This document shows positions 11,500-18,378 of a stretch of DNA of 18,378 nucleotides, piece after piece. This DNA comes from Paraspadella gotoi (Eukaryota > Animalia > Chaetognatha). A program made the position numbers and the translations under genes. The notes below the pieces were generated by a model. That model searched no databases, was not told the origin of the DNA, and was given only the letters and a program-made list of their open reading frames with translations. The stretch's first letter is position 1. Every line of letters starts with the position of its first letter. Where the stretch lies: positions 1 through 18,378 of the forward strand of contig JBJCIZ010001572.1 in assembly GCA_051294375.1 (NCBI GenBank), read 5' to 3'.

Positions 11500-12420
11500 T
11501 TTAAGGCCGTCTCCGAATGCACGCACGCAAAAACATAGGCCCGCGACACGCCACTACACGCACGGCTAGCACCCAAAACATCGTGTCCAGACCAAGAGAA
11601 AACTGGAGACAAAACGAAAGACGACACGGCAGGAAAGTCATCGGAGCCAGAGCAGACACGTTCATCGAACAGAACAAACGCGCTTCATTGAAGCGCAAGC
11701 ATACATCGCGGCGTCTCAAGTCCTAGCGCGTCGTCAAGGAGACGACGCCGTGGCGCACTGTGGCGCGGAAAGAGGATCGAAACAAGACCCGCAAAGCATT
11801 CTTGCGACTCAATCGCCATAACTCTGGTCGATGATGAATGTCTGAATTACATCAAGGAGAGTCGATCAAAGACTTCCAGTCCGTCTGCAACGGCCGTCGT
11901 CATAAGGCTGTGTTGCTCAACCCCAATAATCCATGCCACATATCCTCGTCATAAGGACCCGCGGAAAGATCGTCCTAACGCAATTCCTCGTCAAAATGTT
12001 GCTCAACAAGAGGAGGCAGAAGCTCGTATTGCGAGACGATGCAGATAGCTGATCACAGCATCGTGTCGCGAGAACAGGGTGATCCGCCCAGGAACCGGAA
12101 GCAGAATCGTCCACTGCCGCCTATGCGACCCTCACTCACGGGCAAAGTTCTAACGGTGGGAGCTATTACCATGGAGACGAACTTAACACAAAGCAGAACG
12201 TTCAATCGCTGGGCAACAATGCCGACAACGTTAACGCAGGAGCTCCGTTGTCAATGGAGACGATCTAAATCTTTCATGGCGCGACATTGGAAATTCGGGA
12301 AACATGAAACATCTGCCGGGATTCGGGTAAATTACGAGAATCTTTGGGAAGAAAAGGAGCCAGTCACGTCCCGAATGAGAAAAATCAATATACCTTTCAT
12401 TCAAACATATCGCCATTAGG
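11500..12420 (+). other. Distal degraded coding-like segment of the accessory region
   Basis: GC-richer with fragmented ORFs (11517..11726, 12039..12419); homologous to the minus strand of ~17560-17270 and, weakly, ~16720-16240. Confidence 0.4.
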
Positions 12421-12495
12421 CGAAGAGATTTGTATTTGTCTCTCTTGTCACGACTAAATTCAGTAGTTTACGTTTTTTGGTCGAAGGCGTCGACC

Positions 12496-12503
12496 GGGGG
12501 GAG
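12496..12503 (+). promoter_or_regulatory. Putative polypurine tract (plus-strand primer)
   Basis: GGGGGGAG immediately followed by TGT, the usual PPT|LTR junction of LTR retrotransposons, on the gag-pol strand. Confidence 0.65.
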
Positions 12504-12617
12504 TGTAAAAATATTCGATTACGTCTACTGAATAGCCCATGTTACTGCATTGCACTAGCCTTACTACGTACTACGCACGTCGAACTCATTTTGTTTATTT
12601 GACCGTTGATCTCTCTC
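12504..12617 (+). repeat. Start of putative 3' LTR (truncated by gap)
   Basis: Begins TGTAAAAATATTCG directly after the PPT; no second LTR copy in the window to confirm. Confidence 0.5.
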
Positions 12618-12717
12618 NNNNNNNNNNNNNNNNNNNNNNNNNNNNNNNNNNNNNNNNNNNNNNNNNNNNNNNNNNNNNNNNNNNNNNNNNNNNNNNNNNN
12701 NNNNNNNNNNNNNNNNN
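12618..12717. other. Scaffold gap (100 N, size unknown)
   Basis: Run of exactly 100 N. Confidence 0.99.
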
Positions 12718-13095
12718 AATCCTTGGATATTTGGATGGAAGACCTGAAAGAGGAAATTGAAAATATAAGGACTTGGGAATACGAACCGGAAAAAGAAATG
12801 AGCTTGACTTTAAAGGCGACGAACCGGAGACGAGAAGAGATTAAAAAAATCGTCAAGGAATACAAGACGATTTACTTGCAGCCAAGCGTGATCAACAAAA
12901 AAGAGGACTTAAATCAAATTTACGAAGAATGCTTTAGAGTTCCAGAAGAGGAAATGGAAACTCAAAAGGATGGTGAACAATGACGATAACGATGATGACA
13001 AATATGACGTCATCGTCGAGGACGAACTAAGCTCAGACGATGATGAAAGGAGCGAAGAGAAAAAGAAAATAAAAGAAGCTGAAATAAAACATTAG
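12718..13095 (+). CDS. Accessory ORF A, copy 2 (5' end in gap; indels near 12960-12980)
   Basis: LDIWMEDLKEEIENIRTWEYEPEKE...CFRVPEEEME, then in a shifted frame NDDNDDDKYDVIVEDELSSDDDERSEEKKKIKEAEIKH* (TAG 13093-13095). Confidence 0.7.
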
Positions 13096-13157
13096 GCCGT
13101 GATAAAGATTGAACTAACATGTTAATCGTTTTGTTGAATTATTAAATTTCAGAAAAA

Positions 13158-13545
13158 ATGGAAAGACTTGAAGCCATCGCCGAAAAGTGGGACGAGATCG
13201 AAAGAAAGTGGGAGCAAATCGAAAAGGAAGAACCAGGAAAAAACAGAGAATGCCTAGTATTGGATCTGGTGTTGTTGGAGAAGGAGACAAAAAAGGAAGA
13301 AGAAAAGGTAAAAGCTGAAATTGAGGCAAAAGAACGTCCAGAAAAAGTTATCGGAGACTTAAACAAGAAGCTTGAGAACATGAAACGACTCAAGAACATG
13401 TTTGAAAAAGCAAAACAATCATTTCCCGAAAGAAAGAAATATTATGAAAAAATGGAAAAACGAAACAGAGAAAAGAGTTATCGAAGTCATCAAGATGAGA
13501 AATAAAATTCAAGAAAGCCAGAAAGAACAAACGAGTCAAATATGA
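13158..13545 (+). CDS. Accessory ORF B, copy 2: Glu/Lys-rich coiled-coil-like protein
   Basis: ORF 13158..13505 (115 aa) preceded by TTTCAG at 13147-13152. One extra A near 13472 probably hides the ending VIEVIKMRNKIQESQKEQTSQI* (TGA 13543-13545). Confidence 0.7.
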
Positions 13546-13664
13546 AATCTGTTTTTGTTCATTAAACAATTATCTAATAGTTAGAAATTGCCCAAAAAAA
13601 CTAATTAATTGACTTCTTTAGTTTACAAAGTGTTTGTTAATACAATTTAGCAATACAGAACAAT

Positions 13665-14121
13665 ATGACCGACGAGCAAGAAAAAGAAACTCGAACCCAC
13701 CGAGACCAAGATGACGAATCCGTTGAAAGCTAAGACGCTTCGAGAGCAGATGCGAGATCGAGCCAAGTTGGATATTCCGGACAATCTCGAACACACCTTG
13801 ATGAAGCTGGAATGGAACGAGAAATGGTTAGACGGGATATACTTCGATTACATAGCATTAGGTGTGCTCTTTACAAAGAATATGAGAAACAAAATGGAGA
13901 GTCGATTACCTGAAAAGATGGAGCAAAATCATTGAAGATGACGAAAAAATCTTTTCGAAGGAGACTAAAGACCGGAATAAAGACATCGAAATGCCTTAAG
14001 TTCAAAGAAAAACTATGAAAAAAGAAAATTCAAATTCAAAACGAAACGGTAAAAAAGGAAGAGGACATTTCAAAGAAATGCGGATGACGAGAAACATTGT
14101 AATGAAAACAAAAGTCATCTG
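13665..14121 (+). CDS. Accessory ORF C, copy 2 (several apparent indels)
   Basis: ATG at 13665 after ATTTAG/ATACAG; core frame 13711..13935 (KLEWNEKWLDGIYFDYIALGVLF); coding-like sequence continues to a TGA near 14120. Confidence 0.6.
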
Positions 14122-14197
14122 AAAAAGACAATCAAAAATATTGATGTGTTACTGTTATTATTTATTTAAAAGTAAATTGTTTCAGCCACAGCAAATA

Positions 14198-14614
14198 ATG
14201 GAAAAGTGCGAAATGGACAAGATGATCGAGATTACAAAAAGGAGAAGAATATTCAGAGCATGGCCAGGATCAGTGGACATGAAAGAGAGGAGGGCGAAGT
14301 CAGGAGATGAGTTGACAGTAGAAAGTTTCGCGGACCGAACAAAATTGGTATACGAGATGTTCGTTCGGAAACAAATCAACGACTTCTTGGAAGGAAACGG
14401 ACGGAGGAATGGCGATGAAGACGAAGAAGGAGACAATGGAGAAGAAGAGAGTGAGGAGAGAAATGACGAAAACGGAGGGAACGACGACGAAGAAGAGGAC
14501 GAGTCCGCAAACGAGGAAGAAGACGATCTCGAAAACGAAGACGAAACGCACCCACCTGGTTACCATATAACATTCGACGAGACAGAGGAATTCGACTATC
14601 TAATATCCGAATAA
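14198..14614 (+). CDS. Accessory ORF D, copy 2: 138-aa protein, basic N-terminal domain + long Asp/Glu tract
   Basis: Intact frame (within ORF 14141..14614); TTTCAG at 14180-14185, ATG at 14198; conserved with copy 1. Confidence 0.78.
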   Translation: MEKCEMDKMIEITKRRRIFRAWPGSVDMKERRAKSGDELTVESFADRTKLVYEMFVRKQINDFLEGNGRRNGDEDEEGDNGEEESEERNDENGGNDDEEEDESANEEEDDLENEDETHPPGYHITFDETEEFDYLISE

Positions 14615-14679
14615 ATCAAATTAGTGACTATTGAAATGTTAATATGTTGTTTAAAATTCAAAGTTTTACAGAAAAAATT

Positions 14680-15024
14680 ATGGGCGTACAACAGGAACCA
14701 GAAAAGATGAAGTCAGACGATGAAGACGAAGACGAACCAAGAGACGTCGAACCAATCAGAGTTGAGAGGACGTACGAAATCGAAAGACCGACCATCTACA
14801 TAGAAAGAACAGACTCAGAGACAGACGAAACCGGCGAAAGATTCAGCTTTTACGTTGATGAAAGGGAGAATAACCCAGAGATAACAGAGAGAATAGAAAG
14901 ACTGCACCAATACAATTGGACGAACATCTTCAGACAGTTGGAAGAAGAAGCAAGAGAGAGGAGAGAATTGAAGGAAGAAAAAGAAATACTCGAGAGTATT
15001 AGAAACTTATTTCATTACGAATAA
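14680..15024 (+). CDS. Accessory ORF E, copy 2 (114 aa)
   Basis: Intact; TTTTACAG at 14664-14671; ATG at 14680 matches the copy 1 start. Confidence 0.8.
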   Translation: MGVQQEPEKMKSDDEDEDEPRDVEPIRVERTYEIERPTIYIERTDSETDETGERFSFYVDERENNPEITERIERLHQYNWTNIFRQLEEEARERRELKEEKEILESIRNLFHYE

Positions 15025-15155
15025 ATTCATCGAAAACATTCATTGTAACATGAAAAAACAAATCAAATTTAAAAAATAAAATACAAATTTATTTCAAATT
15101 GTGTTCATATATATGCATTTAAATCATCAGGTATCATAATAGTCCTTCTATCAAA

Positions 15156-16204
15156 ATGGCCGAATCCAGTGACACGATAATGACATTGGAATTTTGAAGA
15201 AAGAACTGATGTGTGGATTCCCGACGAACAAGAGCAGGACACCGTCTACGGAGCGATGCCAGCGCGAGAGACTTGTCCGAACTCGACGCCGAAGAAATGG
15301 AGGTGACGGCCAGTTCCACGCCCGCAGTGGAATCAACTCCACAACCGGATCCGGAAGCGTCCGTCGTCGAGGAAGATGTCGTTGATCGTTTCATCAAGCG
15401 TGGAGAATTGCCTCCACATCGGCGAGCGATGACAGATCTTTCTGTCCCGATAGTCATCGGATCAGGCGACGAAAGACTATTCATGATAGGATACCAGATT
15501 CCGCCAGGGAAGAAAAACACCATTTATCGGATTAAAAGGGCGTGGCGAAAGGTGGCACGGAATCGCGGATGGAATGACGGAGAGTTCGACGCACTGATCA
15601 CTGCATTGCGCAAGGGCGTCGATCCGAAGGAGTTGGAGAGAATGGCAAGAGTCATAAAGACGAAACCCAATTGTGACGCAAACGTGGAGAATCCATCATT
15701 GCAGCTAGACGCAGCGTCCGACGGAGCAGCGACAAAGGCGGCGAACGAAGATTCAGCTATAGCAGCATCCACAAGCGAGTGCAGCATTATCGACGCAGCC
15801 ACGCAGCATGAAGCAGATTGGCCGACGACGAAAGAAGAAAAGAAAGAAAGAAAGTTAATGAAGATGCAGGTAGAAAATGGGGAGCTGAAAAGAAAAATTG
15901 AGAAGCTGGAGGAAGAGTTAAAGAAAGAAAGAAAAGGAAGAATAGCTGCAGAACTGAAGCTGGACCTCCAGAGGAAAGAAGCCGAGCAACGCCGCGCCAC
16001 GACGGAACGACATTGGGCTCAAGCATTCAGCAAGCTGCAAGATAAAGTTGAAAAGTTATCTTGTCCGTACGCGAGGTCGCCGCCACCGGAAAGCGGACAG
16101 TCGTCATCCAGAGGTAACAGACTCTCCGAATTTCGTCCACCACCAGGAAAAGAAAACTTGATCAAGTCGCCGCCAAGACCAAAGGCGCCGCCTTTTAAGA
16201 AAAC
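15156..16204 (+). CDS. Accessory ORF F, copy 2 (3' end displaced by the inversion)
   Basis: Open frame 15213..16226 is homologous to ORF F copy 1 up to ..KAPPFKK; conserved MAESSD start at 15156. Confidence 0.75.
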
Positions 16205-18378
16205 TCACGCAATAAGTACATCTTAAGTAAATCATGTAGTCTTCGCACCCTAAGTACCTGGCCTAAAATTATTTGACATGAGGGTAGTTGACTTTTTTGC
16301 TTCAGCGTTACTGCCCACTTTCCAAGTTCATGTTCACCGAAAGATCCCAAAAGTTCATTTCGCCCGTGATCCAACTCGGAAAAGGTCGCGAACCCAGGCT
16401 TTCGTCGTCTACCAGGAAACGAGACTCGCTCCGCGGTTAAGTATGTTGTCCGTTCCGCTTTCGTCGTCTCCATGGCCAACGGTGAGCCTTCGCCGGAATC
16501 CCGTTAACGGTTGGTTCCTGTCTGCTTTCAGTCGTCTTCATGGAAGGAGCTCCCCCGCGCTTAACGTTGCAATAATCTTGCGCTGGCGAGTAGACACGTT
16601 GACACTGCTGCCGCGCGTCGTCCTGCTTCCGTATCCGGCAATCAGCCTCTCTGGATGGCGATCTGGAGCCGCCTTCTGGAGCGCAAATCGCGTCTCCACA
16701 TTGACAAGCACATTGCTCTCCGCATTCGGTGGTGTAAGTTGACAAATATGAGACAAGATGTATTTCGTTTTGAGACGGAATAATCACTGTTGTGAAGCCA
16801 GGAATGAGTCGCCTTGATCGTATGGATTGCGTGGAGACCTGATGAGCATTGTATATATTTGGTGTCGACGCGAATCGTTGGTGCAATACCCGTTCTATTG
16901 TATTGAAAACCTGTAACGTAACAAAAAATAACAGTTTATTGAAACAAAAACGTATTCTGTTAAATGGAAATGAATTGAATCTTTGACACGCCATGCTGCA
17001 GACATTGCCTCTCGGCTGACTTCATCGATGATGAATTTGCGGCGCAATCTTTGAGTAGTTCTTTGAATGGATTGATAAACTCAGAACTTGTTTCGGGTCC
17101 GGCTTCTAAGGACTCGTTGAAGCGTCGAAACGATCTCTTGGACGCAGGCTCTTTGACGAGGCGTTGCGACAATCGGTAAACTTTTTTTGAGAAGATCGGC
17201 GGTTCGCAGTGGTTATCCGGTTGCTCGCTTCATGTGCTCGTGCGGCGTCTACGAACTAGTCTTTGACCTTTAATCTTTGGTTCTTTATCTTTTCCACGCC
17301 ACGGCGAGCCCGCGGCGTCGTTCTCCATTTGACCGAGAGCGCGCTAAGGACTCGAACGCAAGCGAATGGAATGCTTCCGCTTACGAGTGAGCGCGTGTGT
17401 TCTGGTTCTGCAGTGACTTTTCCTGCCTGCTATGGCTCTTGGTCTCCGGTTTGTCATCCGTCCTTCAGTCTTCGTCCTGGAAGGAATGTTTTGTGGGTGT
17501 ACGTCGTGTGTGCGGGAGCATACGTGGCGTGGCGTTGCTATTCGAAAGACCGGGCTTAAATATATTCTCTCCCCCTTGTCCTTGCATCAGAAAAATTTCG
17601 TTTATTGAAATTGGTTCTTTTTTCTGCACTACAACTGCATCGGGCACGAAGGGTAACACGAAACTTAAAAGAAAGATTCTTTCAAGCAAAATTATTTTTT
17701 CTTTTTCCGACGTGTCTAATTAAAGAAAATTAAGTATGTAATCCCGATCTAAATAGGTATTAAGGGCCCTTTACCTTATTTGTCGCTAAGTTGGTGTACC
17801 TCGTTAACAGGTTACTATAATCTAACTATCTTGCTGTTACTTTCATTTTCTTCTCGATGGGGCCGTTAGTCTGTTTACCAACTCCGTACTTTGTCTTTTA
17901 AATTCCTTTGCTTATTAACACTTCTAACATTTTCCTAATTACCCTCAAGCTGTAGGGGCGGTGAGGAATTTTTGTTTATAAGGATAAGTTAAGATTGTTC
18001 TTTCATCTAAATACAAATTCTCTCGAATAAAGATTTAACGTACTGTTAATGGTAATATAATCGACCTCAGTCACATTTGACGTGGCTTGCCTCCTAAATT
18101 TATTCTAATTTCAATTTCTTTTCTATAGGTCCTGATCGGATAAATTATTGTCGCGCACGACCGTAATAACCAAGCAAACAAACAAACACTGGCGAGTTCA
18201 TGAATCCTTTTAGAACGCGACGCGTTGCGCGTCGACATCTTCGCCCATGGCGATAATATTCTCAGGACGTGGGCGGCTCTTGTGGCGCGCGGAGGTGGCG
18301 AGTGCGCGATGATGGAGGGTGTGGCGGCGGTGGCGCGGCGTCCGTTATCGAGTTGCAGCACTAGGAATAACGGCTGTT
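16205..18378 (-). repeat. Inverted continuation of copy 2 (equivalent to ~10729-12450)
   Basis: Reverse complement of the window end (aacagccgttattcctag...gagaatattatcgcc...gtcgacgcgcaa...aaaaggattc...aactcgccagtgtttg) matches 10729-10950. Homology continues to ~17270 (=~11790) and weakly over ~16720-16240 (=~12020-12425). Confidence 0.88.
16960..17260 (-). CDS. Possible additional accessory ORF in the inverted copy (start uncertain)
   Basis: Open frame 16960..17172 (QRLVKEPASKRSFRRFNESLEAGPETSSEFINPFKELLKDC), followed on the minus strand by AATAAA (16935-16940) and TTACAG (16911-16916), the same spacer design as A-F. Confidence 0.4.

Larger units (their letters stand above)
1..12617 (+). 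mobile_element. BEL/Pao-type LTR retrotransposon with long 3' accessory region (5' LTR not seen; 3' LTR cut by the N gap)
   Basis: Gag-PR-RT-RNaseH-IN order with BEL/Pao-specific motifs (see sub-features). No PPT/LTR directly after integrase; PPT+TG at 12496-12506. That 6950-12500 belongs to the element is inferred. Confidence 0.8.
12718..16204 (+). repeat. Second, diverged direct copy of the accessory cassette (equivalent to ~7032-10731)
   Basis: Starts atccttggatatttggatggaagacctgaaagagg as at ~7034; colinear ORFs A-F; ends at tttaagaaaac as at 10721-10731. Confidence 0.95.

Noticed and set aside
1-18378. Prokaryotic or phage interpretation (operon with RBS, CRISPR array, retron or other bacterial RT system)
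   Set aside because: The RT sits in a Gag-PR-RT-RH-IN BEL/Pao polyprotein, ORF starts lack consistent Shine-Dalgarno motifs, and no regularly spaced repeat-spacer array was seen.

Overview
Eukaryotic (metazoan, nematode-like splice signals) repeat DNA of draft quality, not a prokaryotic locus. Bases ~1-6850 are a BEL/Pao (Belpaoviridae) LTR retrotransposon gag-pol. It is broken by many small indels but every diagnostic motif can be read in order: three Gag Cys/His knuckles, protease LDSGA, RT GPDNL..VDD..GFELEKW, FDPLG, RNase H LIVFCD..PRLEL..TDS..ENPADL, and integrase H2C2..GLDCFGP..SDN..APHWGGVWE plus a DUF5641-like tail. The likely polypurine tract and 3' LTR start (GGGGGGAG|TGT) only appear at ~12496-12506. 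The ~5.5 kb in between carries a co-oriented cassette of at least six short, highly charged, non-env ORFs (A-F, plus a degraded distal part). They are separated by ~60-130 nt AT-rich spacers, each with a poly(A)-like hexamer and a 3'-splice-acceptor-like AG just upstream of the next ATG, so the cassette looks like an operon inside a retrotransposon. After a 100-N scaffold gap a second, diverged copy of the cassette follows (12718-16204); its differences from copy 1 are mostly synonymous or in-frame. The rest of that copy is inverted (16205-18378), possibly an amplification or assembly chimera. All assignments come from reading motifs by eye; no database search was possible.
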